Origin: an uncultured archaeon
GTDB taxonomy: Archaea; Asgardarchaeota; Hermodarchaeia; Hermodarchaeales; Hermodarchaeaceae
Direction of reading: 5' to 3'
NCBI GenBank assembly: GCA_964347045.1
Contig: CAYFXC010000003.1
Span: 115,722-179,721, forward strand
DNA: 64,000 nucleotides
In this document: positions 19,374 to 30,070 of the stretch, one piece after another
Layout of the letters: each line of letters begins with the position of its first letter
Numbering within the stretch: position 1 is the stretch's first letter
Made by a program: the position numbers and the translations under genes
The notes under the pieces: generated by a model
What the model saw: only the letters and a program-made list of their open reading frames with translations
Told to the model about the DNA's origin: nothing
Database searches by the model: none

Positions 19374-22352
19374 TTGGATCAAACTTCAGGACCAAATAAC
19401 AAATCCCCGTATAAAGAGGAGCCAAGCGCTATTACCTATCGAAGGATACCTACGGGTAGTGGCTTTGGTAGACGTCTTTATGTAGCTAGGTATATGACGC
19501 ACGGGATTCGTCATCATAAACGGCGCTCAATTAGTTTACTTATCGGCATCATGGTTGGGGTTGCTTTAGTAAGCTCCGTATTCGTATGGACTGAAACCGG
19601 GGCCCGTGTAGCTATTGACAGCTATTTTACCAGTTTATCTTTTCACTATTACTGTATACAAAATCCTTCGAATGAAGATCCGCAAGCAATTTTCTCCGTG
19701 AAACAATATGTTGATTCGCAAATAACAACCCATACATCCCACGTTATTTATAGCTCAATTGCTCTAATCGACTCAACCCATCTAGATCCGAGTGATCAGT
19801 ATCTTCCCTATGCCTACCAACGAGGAATCAAGGATAGTCAAGTCTTTTTTGTTGATAATGTTTTTCTTGAACGCGCCGAACGATCTTTTCGGATTATTGA
19901 TGGGGAATTCAGTCTATCTCCTGGCTCAGTTCTTGTTAGTCAAAACGTGGTTGAAGACCTACAACAGGTAACTGGTCGGCAAGTGTCAGTGGGAAGCGTA
20001 ATTGATTTGTCAATAGCTCGGAATTATCAGAGCACAAGCACTATCGGGGCAATTGATCCGACCAATGTCAATGGATTGCGCATAGCTGGTATTTATGAGG
20101 TCATAGCAAGCCTGGAACCTCTTCTTGAATCCTTTCCTTCCCAAAGTCGACTTAATTGGGGTCCGATTCAAGCTTCTGAAATTGTGTTCGGCTGGTTTGA
20201 TAGCGTAATTGTTTCAAACGATTTACTTAGCAGTGAGGAATATGATCTCATTGCCCTTGATGTACTGTTTCCTCGTTTACTTGTTGAAATCACTCCAGTT
20301 CCATTATATTTTCTTAGACTCGAGGAAATAATTGGTGTTTTTCATCAGGTATTCAATGACATTCAAATGCACTCCAATGTTGCCGTTGGAGGTCGTGATC
20401 AACTTTTGTTTTTACAGGATTATGTGGCAGTGTTTTATGAAAGGCAGACGATGGTTTTTTTAGTATTGCCGATGGTGATCTTGTCTGGTCTATTAACAAC
20501 ATTCGCTGCGTCGCTCTTTCTTTCCAATCGTCGTTCAGAATTAGCGATTTTAAGATCTCGTGGAGCTAGCTACCAACAACTTTACTCCTTGCTTATGTTT
20601 GAGTTTTTCATTTTAGCAATTATTGGTGCAATCTTGGGGGGTCTTCTTGGGATTTTACTTGGGTGTATGATACCCTCCGCCTCCTCGTTCCTGATTTTTG
20701 ACCTAATTAATCTCTTTCATCACCTAAGTCTGACTTCAGTTAATCTCCTCGCTTGGGCAATTGCAGGACTCATATGTATATTACCTGCTGCATTCTACAT
20801 TCTCTTAAAAACGCGATCCTTTCTGAAATCTGAAATTTACGGAGAACTTCGTGAAAATACTTCTCACGGGAAACAAAACCCACGTCTTCAACTTGTCTAC
20901 GCATTTGGTATTATTCTAATTTCTATACCCCTAACTTTTGTAGTGTTATCTGTCTCAATCTCCGTGGACATAGCCCTCGTTTTCTTTATTTTTATAGTAA
21001 GTTTCTGGATCCTTCTTGCAGATGCTATTGCCCGTGTTATTCGACCAGGCATAGCTGCTTTTTCTAGATTATTTACCCCGGCAATTGGTCAAAAGAGTCA
21101 GCTCTTCGCAAAGTCTCTTAGAGTACAACGAAGTCGTGTTGTCCCCTTGTTAATGATTTTGGTTCTCACTTTTTCGATTACGATATTTTCCGCAGTTGAG
21201 GCACAAACCTATGATACCCATCTCGATCAGCAAATTAGCTACTATGTTGGTGGAGATATTCGCGTTTATTCTGATCGTGTTCTAGCTAATCGAGTGAATG
21301 AAATTACATCTCTTTCCCAAATCGGCACTGCAACCTCTTTTATTGAAGTACAATCTGAAATCGGTCAATCTAATTTAAAGCTGATTGGTGTGAATCCTGC
21401 AGCCTATGCCGAGGTTGGTAATTGGGATGAATCGAGTATGGTAGGTGATGATTACCGCGTCGTGCTTGATAGACTAGCAGCAAACTTCGATGGAATCATT
21501 TTGCCTGCACATATTGCTTCTCTCTACGATCGAAGGGTTGGAGACACCATTCCTGTCCAAGTACGTGATCAACGGACATTTGTAGTCGACATTAAGATAT
21601 TCGATGTTGTGGGGATTATGGAGAAAGCTCCAGGGTTAGGTTATGCGAATCCATCAGATCCCGATTCATCGATAACATCAAACCCTGGGTTTGGCTTCCA
21701 AAAAGGTGACCCCTTTGCATTGTGTCATCAACACTACTTTCTAATTGAGATTCCCTCATTTGATCCTTATGCCGTTGTGGATTCAACCCAATTCTTCCTA
21801 GCTGATTTGAATCCTTCATACAGCATCCAATCAGCTCAAGATGCGGTAGAGTCCCTTGAATTTGTATATCGGACTTGGTCACCATATACTTTTGATTTGG
21901 AAGAAGCCTATCATGATGGATATCTATTTTCCCAGGGAATTATCGGGCTCCTCTCCGTGGGGTTCCTTTCTTCACTAATAATCAGTATTATAGCTTTAAC
22001 GATCTTTGTTAGTACTATTGTCTCTGAACGGAAAACTGAGTATGCTATTCTTCGAGCTTTGGGGGGGACTCGCCAAGATGTTACCTCAATGGTTCTTGTA
22101 GAGTTTATGAGTCTTATCACGTTAACATTTCTTGTTAGTATAATAATCGGAATTGGCTTCTCTTGGCTGCTTATGCTTGTAATAATCAAACTATTTCCCC
22201 AGCCTTTCATTGTTCCATTCACTATCATCTATCCAATAAGCCTGTTAATTTCAGTGTTAGGCCTCGTGTTTCTTGGATTACTAACAGGTGCTTATCTGCC
22301 AGCCCGCCGTGCAGGACAAGTTCAAGTCAACACGCTTCTTCGCAATCTTTAG
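19374..22352 (+). CDS. ABC permease with two FtsX-like domains (paralog of 15394..18303)
   Basis: Shares LLIGIMxGVALVxSVFVWT, RRSExAILRxRGAS and PARRAG with the first permease. Confidence 0.9.
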   Translation: MDQTSGPNNKSPYKEEPSAITYRRIPTGSGFGRRLYVARYMTHGIRHHKRRSISLLIGIMVGVALVSSVFVWTETGARVAIDSYFTSLSFHYYCIQNPSNEDPQAIFSVKQYVDSQITTHTSHVIYSSIALIDSTHLDPSDQYLPYAYQRGIKDSQVFFVDNVFLERAERSFRIIDGEFSLSPGSVLVSQNVVEDLQQVTGRQVSVGSVIDLSIARNYQSTSTIGAIDPTNVNGLRIAGIYEVIASLEPLLESFPSQSRLNWGPIQASEIVFGWFDSVIVSNDLLSSEEYDLIALDVLFPRLLVEITPVPLYFLRLEEIIGVFHQVFNDIQMHSNVAVGGRDQLLFLQDYVAVFYERQTMVFLVLPMVILSGLLTTFAASLFLSNRRSELAILRSRGASYQQLYSLLMFEFFILAIIGAILGGLLGILLGCMIPSASSFLIFDLINLFHHLSLTSVNLLAWAIAGLICILPAAFYILLKTRSFLKSEIYGELRENTSHGKQNPRLQLVYAFGIILISIPLTFVVLSVSISVDIALVFFIFIVSFWILLADAIARVIRPGIAAFSRLFTPAIGQKSQLFAKSLRVQRSRVVPLLMILVLTFSITIFSAVEAQTYDTHLDQQISYYVGGDIRVYSDRVLANRVNEITSLSQIGTATSFIEVQSEIGQSNLKLIGVNPAAYAEVGNWDESSMVGDDYRVVLDRLAANFDGIILPAHIASLYDRRVGDTIPVQVRDQRTFVVDIKIFDVVGIMEKAPGLGYANPSDPDSSITSNPGFGFQKGDPFALCHQHYFLIEIPSFDPYAVVDSTQFFLADLNPSYSIQSAQDAVESLEFVYRTWSPYTFDLEEAYHDGYLFSQGIIGLLSVGFLSSLIISIIALTIFVSTIVSERKTEYAILRALGGTRQDVTSMVLVEFMSLITLTFLVSIIIGIGFSWLLMLVIIKLFPQPFIVPFTIIYPISLLISVLGLVFLGLLTGAYLPARRAGQVQVNTLLRNL

Positions 22353-22550
22353 TCTCATCCTGTTCCAATGGGCTGAAAGAAAATAACAAAATAACAAAAT
22401 AACTGAATAATGTCTGAGGGAAGCCTTCTGCGGTCGTTAAATCAAGAAGCTGCTTGCACTCAAAGGAGTTTCACCAGTGCATTGATCTGGCTCATTGTAA
22501 TTTCTGATTTCGTTCAATGAGGATATTAGCTTCTAAGATGAAATTAACTT

Positions 22551-22853
22551 CTAAGGGTTCTCTCTTTTCTCAAGAAGACCTTCACGTCGAAGTTCGAATA
22601 CCACAATGTTATGAGGATCTGGGCATGCAATATAGCCGCGGTTGGGATTGGGTTCCCAAGGAATTGTACCATCAAATTCAAGTATTGTGAGAAAAGGAAA
22701 CAAAGCGTTGTAAGCCCAACGACAAATTTTCTCTTTTTCCTCAGGTTTTGATAAATCGAATTCGTCGCCAACTTTATACAATCGGCAAGGGGTTTTTCCA
22801 GTTTCAGCCCGTGTTTCATGCACACGTGCAATAATTCGATATACTTTTGACAT
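22551..22853 (-). CDS. TIGR04076-family small Cys protein
   Basis: C..YKVGDEF, ICRWAYNALFP and ACPDP..VVFELRR pattern. Confidence 0.75.
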   Translation of the reverse strand: MSKVYRIIARVHETRAETGKTPCRLYKVGDEFDLSKPEEKEKICRWAYNALFPFLTILEFDGTIPWEPNPNRGYIACPDPHNIVVFELRREGLLEKRENP

Positions 22854-22922
22854 GGTGATTGCACCCGTAAGCGGCTTGATATTAATGCAAGTCTTTTAGT
22901 TTTGCTCTAATTACTTTGAACG

Positions 22923-23657
22923 CTAGTTTGTCCGCGCAATGAGATCATCTCGATTAAACAATCGCACGGCAATCCGAAAAAGAATAATGTCCAGGATAAC
23001 TAGGATAACAACTCCGGCAATGAAGATAATCCAGCTTAAACCAGATAGGAATCCCGAATATGCAAAGATCATGGCAGGAAGAATCAAGACTCCACCCAAC
23101 TGATATGCCTCATACACTGTATTCGCTCGCCCCGAGATAATGACCATGAGCCCCACAGAAAGTATGGAGAAAAGAAAGGGGAGTATGAGCGACTGAATTA
23201 GTGATAACGGATCTGGCCAAGCTAACAGCAGCTGGGGTGCCATAAACCAAACAATCCCATTTACAATTAATACAGCTAAAACTAGATTACCATAAGCAAC
23301 CAGTACACCAGGAATCATCGCGGTAAGGAACTTTCCCAGTAGCAACTCCCTATTCGAAAGTGGGGTTGCAAGAAGCGGAACGAGTGTATGCCGCTCTTTT
23401 TCTCCAACAATTGAATCTGCTGCTATTAGAACTGGAAGCATGATGGGCAATAAAATAACGACTGCACCCATTACACTATTCATCATTAGGTTGAAGGTAA
23501 ATGGATCCATCATTTCTGCAGCAAGCATCAAATAGGTCATAAAACCGCCAAAAGCTACTGACATTGCAACGATAATTATAGGAATCATCCGAACTTGGCG
23601 ACTCTTAAACACCATTCGCATTTCCGTTTTAGCCATAAACCAGGCTTTTTTCCACAT
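22923..23657 (-). CDS. ABC-2 type transporter permease
   Basis: AADSIVGEKERHTLVPLLATPLS..ELLLGK and 6 TM segments. Start at ATG 23657 after GGAGG. Confidence 0.9.
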   Translation of the reverse strand: MWKKAWFMAKTEMRMVFKSRQVRMIPIIIVAMSVAFGGFMTYLMLAAEMMDPFTFNLMMNSVMGAVVILLPIMLPVLIAADSIVGEKERHTLVPLLATPLSNRELLLGKFLTAMIPGVLVAYGNLVLAVLIVNGIVWFMAPQLLLAWPDPLSLIQSLILPFLFSILSVGLMVIISGRANTVYEAYQLGGVLILPAMIFAYSGFLSGLSWIIFIAGVVILVILDIILFRIAVRLFNRDDLIARTN

Positions 23658-23658
23658 C

Positions 23659-24600
23659 CTAGTTACCTCCAATAACCTTTCGATAGACTGCTTCAAGATC
23701 TGGAATGCGTTCACGAAGTTCTATCACATTGTACCCAGACTCTATTAGTGCTCGGAGAATTTGTGGGTTCTTAACCTCTGCCTCCTCGACTTCGAAAAGT
23801 ACTCGTTGTTCATCAACCCTAGCTGATTTGACCAATCCCGTGGATAATATAAGTTCAACACTTTTTTGTAAATCAGGTTCTTCAACATGTAGTACATAGG
23901 TTCGGATTTTCCAGAATTTGCGTCGCAAATCTTTCGGACGACCAACCTCGACTAGTTTCCCTTTAGATATAAAGCCAACCCGGTCGCAAAGTGCTTCTAC
24001 TTCGGATAAGAGGTGCGTACATAAAAAGAAGGTTTGTTTGCCACCTTCCGCTTGAGCATCGATGAATTGCCGAACCTTGTTTGACATTATGGGGTCCAAA
24101 CTCGATGTGGGTTCATCCAAAAAAACCACGTTTGGGTCATGAATCATTGAGCGGGCAATCGATAACTTCTGTTTTAATCCCGTTGAAAATGTTGCAGGTG
24201 AGTCGTTGCGTCGATCTGAGAGTTCTAAGAATTCCAATAGCTGTTCAATTCGATCTTCAAGAACCTCTTCAGAAACATCATACAACTTTCCAAAATATTC
24301 TAGATTCTTAAAAGCTGATAAGCGGTCATAATGGGTTGATGCCCCATCTTCAGGAAGAAGTCCAATTATTGATCGAACCTCAATAGGTTGGTCTTGAACA
24401 TCATATCCTTCGATTATAATTGAGCCTTTGGTAGGTTCTAATAATGTTGCAGCAATTTTCACCGTTGTGGATTTCCCTGCCGCATTTGGTCCTAGAAATC
24501 CAAAGACTTCTCCACGTCGAACATCTAGGGAAACCCCATCTACAGCCATTATAGTTTCAAACTGCTTGGTTAATTCTGTCATTTCAATAGAAGTCGTCAT
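23659..24600 (-). CDS. ABC-2 type transporter ATP-binding protein
   Basis: GPNAAGKST, FSTGLKQK and FLDEPTSSLD motifs. Confidence 0.95.
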   Translation of the reverse strand: MTTSIEMTELTKQFETIMAVDGVSLDVRRGEVFGFLGPNAAGKSTTVKIAATLLEPTKGSIIIEGYDVQDQPIEVRSIIGLLPEDGASTHYDRLSAFKNLEYFGKLYDVSEEVLEDRIEQLLEFLELSDRRNDSPATFSTGLKQKLSIARSMIHDPNVVFLDEPTSSLDPIMSNKVRQFIDAQAEGGKQTFFLCTHLLSEVEALCDRVGFISKGKLVEVGRPKDLRRKFWKIRTYVLHVEEPDLQKSVELILSTGLVKSARVDEQRVLFEVEEAEVKNPQILRALIESGYNVIELRERIPDLEAVYRKVIGGN

Positions 24601-24817
24601 TCCGAAACCTCATGTTGATTAATTTGTGATATTCTTTAGGAGATTTTGGTGATTGCAGAACCTCTAATTGGTAAATACTTATCCAAGCCCAATTCAAGAG
24701 GCATTCTGCAGTCTCATAACTCTTTATACTTTACCATAATACAATGAAAGTGCTATAGTCAGGAGCGAAAGCTTAAGGCAAAAGTCAGTAGATATCCTCC
24801 AGATTTGGTGGGTTCTA

Positions 24818-26038
24818 ATGAGTGCTCCTTTAAGCTATGATTCTGTCATCGCTGCTAGGCATCAGATAGTTCAAGATCTTCTCACCAAGGAAAATGCCCT
24901 TATAGGGTACATCTACCCCCATACGCCGCTTGAACTGTTTTTAGCTCATAATCTAACACCTACGCTCCTTTTTGCTGAACCTAAGATATCAAGCGCTTAT
25001 GAAGCAAGCCTACAAACGTTCTGTTGTGCCTACTCTCGAAATCTTTTCAGTCAACGTTCCAAAGAAAACCTACCACCACTTAAAGCCATTGTGTTTCCGG
25101 GAGGAACTTGTGATTCGCTTCAAAATCTTGGAGATGTTTGGCAATCACGTTTTCCCGAAGACACTGTTCTACGATTAACCTATCCAGTGGTAAACGATGA
25201 AGCTGCAGTTAGATATCTCGCTGAAGAGCTTCGAGACTTGAGCCATCATCTCGAAGTATTATTAGGCACCCGTTTTTCCATGGAAAAATATCAGCAAGCT
25301 GTCGCTAATATCGCAGAATTTCACGCTGCAGCTCAATTCATAAGCGTCGGTCGGCTTCTTTGCCCTTCTATTTATCCTTATATCGACTACGCTAGATTAA
25401 TCCGCCAATTTCTAACAGCGCCTACAGTTCACAACCTTCAAGAAGTAGAAAATGTCGCCACACAAATACAAAAAGAACTTCGAAAAAAACAACTACTCCC
25501 AACAGCAGAAGCACTTCGATTTGGCTTGCTTTCCAAACAGATCTCTGATCAGATTAGCATTGAATCAATAGAGGAACCCCGAATTATGATTATCGGAGGC
25601 ATGGTTGACCCTGAAGGCATAGCATTACATTTTGACAGAGCAAAAACAAGTGCTAATCTGGACGATGTAGAATTAACGTTTGATTTGCTGTCTTTTACCT
25701 TTCGCACTACATTTATTAAAGCTCCCAGCTTACAAGGCGATCCCTTTATGGAAATGGCTCATAGCATCCTAACAGCCCCCCCGGAACCTACCCAAGAAGG
25801 ATTACGCTCTAGACTACAATTTATCAACCAAGTAATTGATAAGCTTCATATAACGGGGTTAGTTCTCTTTGAGCAGTCCTTCTGTGATCCTGATCAATTT
25901 GAAATCCCCGATATTCTCAAGCTTGCTGAGAAAAAGAAAGTATTTGCAGTCCGTGTTCCACTAGACCCGGAATTTTCTGATCGTGCTCGATTGGAAGGCC
26001 GACTTCAAAGCTTTCTTGAAACACTTACTGCAAGATGA
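24818..26038 (+). CDS. 2-hydroxyacyl-CoA dehydratase / benzoyl-CoA reductase family subunit
   Basis: PLEL, FCCAY, TCDS and FCDP Fe-S ligands; C-terminal RLQSFLE. Confidence 0.85.
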   Translation: MSAPLSYDSVIAARHQIVQDLLTKENALIGYIYPHTPLELFLAHNLTPTLLFAEPKISSAYEASLQTFCCAYSRNLFSQRSKENLPPLKAIVFPGGTCDSLQNLGDVWQSRFPEDTVLRLTYPVVNDEAAVRYLAEELRDLSHHLEVLLGTRFSMEKYQQAVANIAEFHAAAQFISVGRLLCPSIYPYIDYARLIRQFLTAPTVHNLQEVENVATQIQKELRKKQLLPTAEALRFGLLSKQISDQISIESIEEPRIMIIGGMVDPEGIALHFDRAKTSANLDDVELTFDLLSFTFRTTFIKAPSLQGDPFMEMAHSILTAPPEPTQEGLRSRLQFINQVIDKLHITGLVLFEQSFCDPDQFEIPDILKLAEKKKVFAVRVPLDPEFSDRARLEGRLQSFLETLTAR

Positions 26039-26058
26039 TAACGAAAAGGTGAACAACA

Positions 26059-27294
26059 ATGTGTCCTGAAGTACCATCCGGTTCCCCTAAGTCAAAAGAA
26101 AAAGCCTACCGGAAACTCAATTCGAGCAAACTTTTGCGTGAAACCATGACCCTTCATATCTTAAGTACAAAACAAGCTTCTCAAGACGGTCGGTTGGCAT
26201 GGGTTACTTCAGGATTTCCTGTCGAAATTCCCGTGGCGTTCGATGTTACTGCCGCCTACCCCGAACAGTATGGGGCTATAGTTGGGTCAGATAAGTGTGG
26301 ACCTTTGCTTTGTGGATTTGCCGAAGAACTCGGTTTTTCACAGGAGCTTTGCTCCTATGCTCGGTCCAGTATTGGTTCGATTCAGCATCCTGAACAAAGC
26401 CCTTTAACTGGTCTTCCACCGCCTCAAGCTCTTCTGGCTTGCAATAATATCTGTGGAACGGTGCTCCCTTGGTATGAAGCCGTGTCTGAACTGACAGGCG
26501 CACCAGTATATCTTGTAGATACTCCACCATTAGAGGGAGACCAATCCGCCCACCATCTCGCTTATGTGAAATCTAGCCTAATGGGGCTGATTGATTTTCT
26601 AAGCAAAACCTTCAACAGAGAATACGATGAAGCAAAATTACTTCAAGTTGCTGAGACATCTAATGAAGCGATTAACCTTTGGACTCGTGCCTTGAAAGCC
26701 TGCAGAAACAAACCCTCTCCCCTTAATTGTGCAGACCGGTTCTTATCGATGGCTCCAATTGTCGCCTTGCGTGGAACTCAACAGGCTACTAGCTTCTACC
26801 AAACTTTTCTAGCTGAGGTCGAAGACCGTGTTAAAAACGGAATAGGCGCCATCGTCGACGAAAAAGTCAGACTACTCTGGGATAATATACCGCCTTGGTT
26901 TACAATTTACAACTTCTTCAACACGCTTGCAAAACGTGGAGTAGTCTTCCCTGCGGATTCATATACGCATGCCTGGTCGGCAAATATCCCCAGTGGGGCT
27001 GTAATCGAAAGTATTGCCAAGGTCTATTCCAATGTTTATTTGAACAAAGGACTCACAGCTAAAATTGACAAAATGTGCACTCTCATTAAAGACTATGATT
27101 TAGAAGGGTTCGTTTTGTTCTCGGTCCGTTCGTGTAAACGTTATTCATTGGGACAGATGGTGACAAAGGAAGAGATTACTCGGAGAACAGGGGTTCCTGG
27201 AGTTATAGTTGAAGGCGATATGGTGGATAGCCAACAATACAACGAAGCACAAGCACAAACTCGAGTTGAAGCCCTTCTTGAAATGATTGTATAA
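26059..27294 (+). CDS. 2-hydroxyacyl-CoA dehydratase / benzoyl-CoA reductase family subunit
   Basis: YPEQY, ELCSY, NNICG, RSCK and EGDMVD..TRVEALLE motifs. Confidence 0.9.
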   Translation: MCPEVPSGSPKSKEKAYRKLNSSKLLRETMTLHILSTKQASQDGRLAWVTSGFPVEIPVAFDVTAAYPEQYGAIVGSDKCGPLLCGFAEELGFSQELCSYARSSIGSIQHPEQSPLTGLPPPQALLACNNICGTVLPWYEAVSELTGAPVYLVDTPPLEGDQSAHHLAYVKSSLMGLIDFLSKTFNREYDEAKLLQVAETSNEAINLWTRALKACRNKPSPLNCADRFLSMAPIVALRGTQQATSFYQTFLAEVEDRVKNGIGAIVDEKVRLLWDNIPPWFTIYNFFNTLAKRGVVFPADSYTHAWSANIPSGAVIESIAKVYSNVYLNKGLTAKIDKMCTLIKDYDLEGFVLFSVRSCKRYSLGQMVTKEEITRRTGVPGVIVEGDMVDSQQYNEAQAQTRVEALLEMIV

Positions 27295-27303
27295 GAGCCG
27301 ATA

Positions 27304-28086
27304 ATGTTGGTTGAAAAATCTCAGCTTGGCATTGGCATAGATGTGGGTTCAACCACTACCAAAGCCGTTCTACTTGACGCAGAACTAAATGTTATTGCCA
27401 AGTTTCTTTTAGCCACTGGTGCCTCTGCTCAGAAATCCGTTCAACGATGCCTTGATGAACTCTCTGCGATTTCTCAAAAGGACCTCTCAAAGGTTCCATC
27501 GATTAGTACCGGATATGGTCGACGTCAAGCTATAACCGCAATGAAATCTGTTACCGAAATTACATGTCACAGTATTGGAGTCCATACATTAAATCCAGAA
27601 ATCCAAACGCTCATTGATGTTGGCGGACAAGATTCTAAGATCATTCGCATTGGTCCTGATGGACGCCCAAAGGATTTTGAGCTCAACGACAAATGTAGTG
27701 CAGGTACGGGACGGTTCTTAGAAGTAATGGCGCAAGTCCTCGAACTATCAATCAACGAGTTAGGTCCTCTTTCGCTGAAAGCTGAAACCCCTTCAGTCAT
27801 CAGCAGCACTTGTACTGTATTTGCTGAAAGCGAAGTAATCGGGCGCATAGGCGCCGGTGATAATCCAGAAGATATCGCTGCAGGCGTCCACAAGGCGATG
27901 GCTGTTAAAATTGCAACCCTCTCACAACGTGTCAGGGTAGAACCGCCTGTTTCACTAACCGGTGGAGTTGCATTAAACCCTGGATTTAGTCACTATCTGG
28001 GCAAAGAACTGCAAATCGCGCTTTGGGTGCCGAAGGCACCTCAATACACAGGTGCATTGGGCGCCGCTATTCTAGCCCTAGGCTAG
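27304..28086 (+). CDS. CoA-substrate-specific enzyme activase (ASKHA ATPase, HgdC/BcrAD family)
   Basis: GIDVGSTTTK, TGYGR, EITCH, DVGGQDSK, NDKCSAGTGRFLE and STCTVFAESE motifs. Confidence 0.95.
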   Translation: MLVEKSQLGIGIDVGSTTTKAVLLDAELNVIAKFLLATGASAQKSVQRCLDELSAISQKDLSKVPSISTGYGRRQAITAMKSVTEITCHSIGVHTLNPEIQTLIDVGGQDSKIIRIGPDGRPKDFELNDKCSAGTGRFLEVMAQVLELSINELGPLSLKAETPSVISSTCTVFAESEVIGRIGAGDNPEDIAAGVHKAMAVKIATLSQRVRVEPPVSLTGGVALNPGFSHYLGKELQIALWVPKAPQYTGALGAAILALG

Positions 28087-28151
28087 AAGCGAATTAGTAA
28101 CAGTTATGGTATGAAAGAACTATCCTGCTCATTTGTTAAGGACGTGAATAA

Positions 28152-28682
28152 ATGACCATTATCTCCTATAAAGATAAGAAACCAACAATAGCCAAGGATG
28201 CCTATATCTCGCCCCGCGCTACTGTTATAGGTGCCATTACCATTGGTGCTCGTAGTAATGTGTGGGAACATGCTGTTATTCGTGCAGACTATAACACTAT
28301 CACCATTGGAACTGATTCGAGCATCCAAGACAATAGTACAGTCCACTGTGATCTCCGGTTTCCAACCAAGATTGGGAACCGCGTCATCCTAGGACACAAT
28401 TCTGTGGTACATGGGTGCACTATAGAAGATGATGTCCTTGTTGGAATAGGTGCTGTTATTCTAAATGGCGCTCATATCGGACAAAAGTCTATAATTGGCG
28501 CAGGAAGTGTCATCACACCTGGAAAGAAAATTCCCTCAGAGAGCCTCGTCATCGGCGTCCCTGGCAAAGTGGTCCGGTCCCTCACGCCCGCTGATCTCAT
28601 GGAACATGATGCCAATTGGAAAGTCTACGTCGAACTCGGTCGTCAATATCTCAAAGAACTCTCCCAACACCAGAAAGGATAA
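28152..28682 (+). CDS. Gamma-carbonic-anhydrase-family (hexapeptide repeat) protein
   Basis: IRAD, IQDNSTVH, GHNSVVHGC and hexapeptide repeats. Confidence 0.9.
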   Translation: MTIISYKDKKPTIAKDAYISPRATVIGAITIGARSNVWEHAVIRADYNTITIGTDSSIQDNSTVHCDLRFPTKIGNRVILGHNSVVHGCTIEDDVLVGIGAVILNGAHIGQKSIIGAGSVITPGKKIPSESLVIGVPGKVVRSLTPADLMEHDANWKVYVELGRQYLKELSQHQKG

Positions 28683-28825
28683 TTTGTTTTTAATCAGATT
28701 CAGGAATTGAACTGAACACGCAAGTGTGCCTAAAAACCAAATTATTTAATAATGATAAGATAATCTGCCATCTGCGTGTTGAACTTCAACACCCTATACA
28801 AAGAAGCACTTTGCAGGTGGACCCT

Positions 28826-29926
28826 GTGAAAATTACTGTCACTGTAATCAAGGCAGATATTGGTAGTATTGGTGGTCACATCCGAACTTGTGATGTGACA
28901 ACTGACGTCATCTGTCAAGCCATCGATGAAGCCCATCAATCCGGACTAATAATTGACTACAAAATCTGGAATGCGGGTGACGATAGCGAAATATTGATGA
29001 CACACACTCGTGGAGTTGACGACGAAAAAATCCACAAAACAGCATTTGACGCGTTGATGCAAGGCGCAGAGAATGCAAAAGAACGTGGTCTATATGGAGC
29101 TGGACAGGATATACTGAAGGAAGCCTTCAGTGGAAATGTCCGTGGAATGGGTCCTGGTGTTGCTGAAATGGAGTTTGAAGAACGTCCCGCTGAACCCTTC
29201 ATTGTTTTCACAGCAGACAAGACGGCTCCAGGAGCCTTCAATTACCCAATCTACAGGGTCTTTGGTGATCCTTTCAACACGGCAGGTTTAATCATCGATC
29301 CAAAGATGCATGACGGTTTCATTTTTGAAGTCTTTGATATCAAAAACAATAAAACCGTGAAACTAGAAACACCGGCTGAAACTTATGACCTTTTGGCGTT
29401 AATCGGGTCAACAGAAGACTATGTTGTTAAACGAGTTTACTCCAAGGATGAATCACGGGGAATTGGAGCTGTAATCTCAACCGAAAAACTCTATGCAGTA
29501 GCAGGCAAGTATATTGGAAAAGATGACCCAGCCGCCATCGTAAGAGCTCAAAGCGGATTTCCAGCGACAGGTGAAGTCCTTGAGGGCTTCGCGCTAGGAC
29601 ATCTTGTCACAGGGTGGATGCGTGGTAGCCATAATGGCCCCCTCATGCCTGTGCCCCTCCATTACTCGCAGTGCACTCGATTTGATGGTCCGCCACGAAT
29701 CACCGGGTTAGCTTTCAGCATGAAAAACGGGATATTAACTGAACCCTTGGATGTTTTTGATGATCCCGCATGGGACTTAACTAGAGACCAATGCATGTAT
29801 GTGACTGACTATCTGCGTCGACATGGCCCCTTTGAGCCTCATCGACTTCCCCCTGCATCAATGGAATATACGACTCTTCCGAATGTCCTAGAGAAACTAA
29901 AAAGTCGTTTCAAGCCCATAAAATGA
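28826..29926 (+). CDS. fbp: Bifunctional fructose-1,6-bisphosphate aldolase/phosphatase
   Basis: IKADIGSIGGH, LYGAGQD, GNVRGMGPG, YIGKDDP, GWMRGSH and RFDGPP. Start placed at GTG 28826 after AGGTG. Confidence 0.97.
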   Translation: MKITVTVIKADIGSIGGHIRTCDVTTDVICQAIDEAHQSGLIIDYKIWNAGDDSEILMTHTRGVDDEKIHKTAFDALMQGAENAKERGLYGAGQDILKEAFSGNVRGMGPGVAEMEFEERPAEPFIVFTADKTAPGAFNYPIYRVFGDPFNTAGLIIDPKMHDGFIFEVFDIKNNKTVKLETPAETYDLLALIGSTEDYVVKRVYSKDESRGIGAVISTEKLYAVAGKYIGKDDPAAIVRAQSGFPATGEVLEGFALGHLVTGWMRGSHNGPLMPVPLHYSQCTRFDGPPRITGLAFSMKNGILTEPLDVFDDPAWDLTRDQCMYVTDYLRRHGPFEPHRLPPASMEYTTLPNVLEKLKSRFKPIK

Positions 29927-30070
29927 TGTAGATATAACTCTAATCATCTAAACCTTCCTGAAACCAATACTACCTAATGATCTGGATAGGCGCCGACTTT
30001 GATTTAGTGAGAAGTAGCCCCAAACCTCTGAAAAAAGATTTCACAATTTTATTCGTTACAGGATAAATAG

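Noticed and set aside
22380-22403. Triple AAAATAAC repeat
   Set aside because: Short low-complexity tandem between convergent genes; at most a T-rich terminator on the minus strand. Not CRISPR or iterons.
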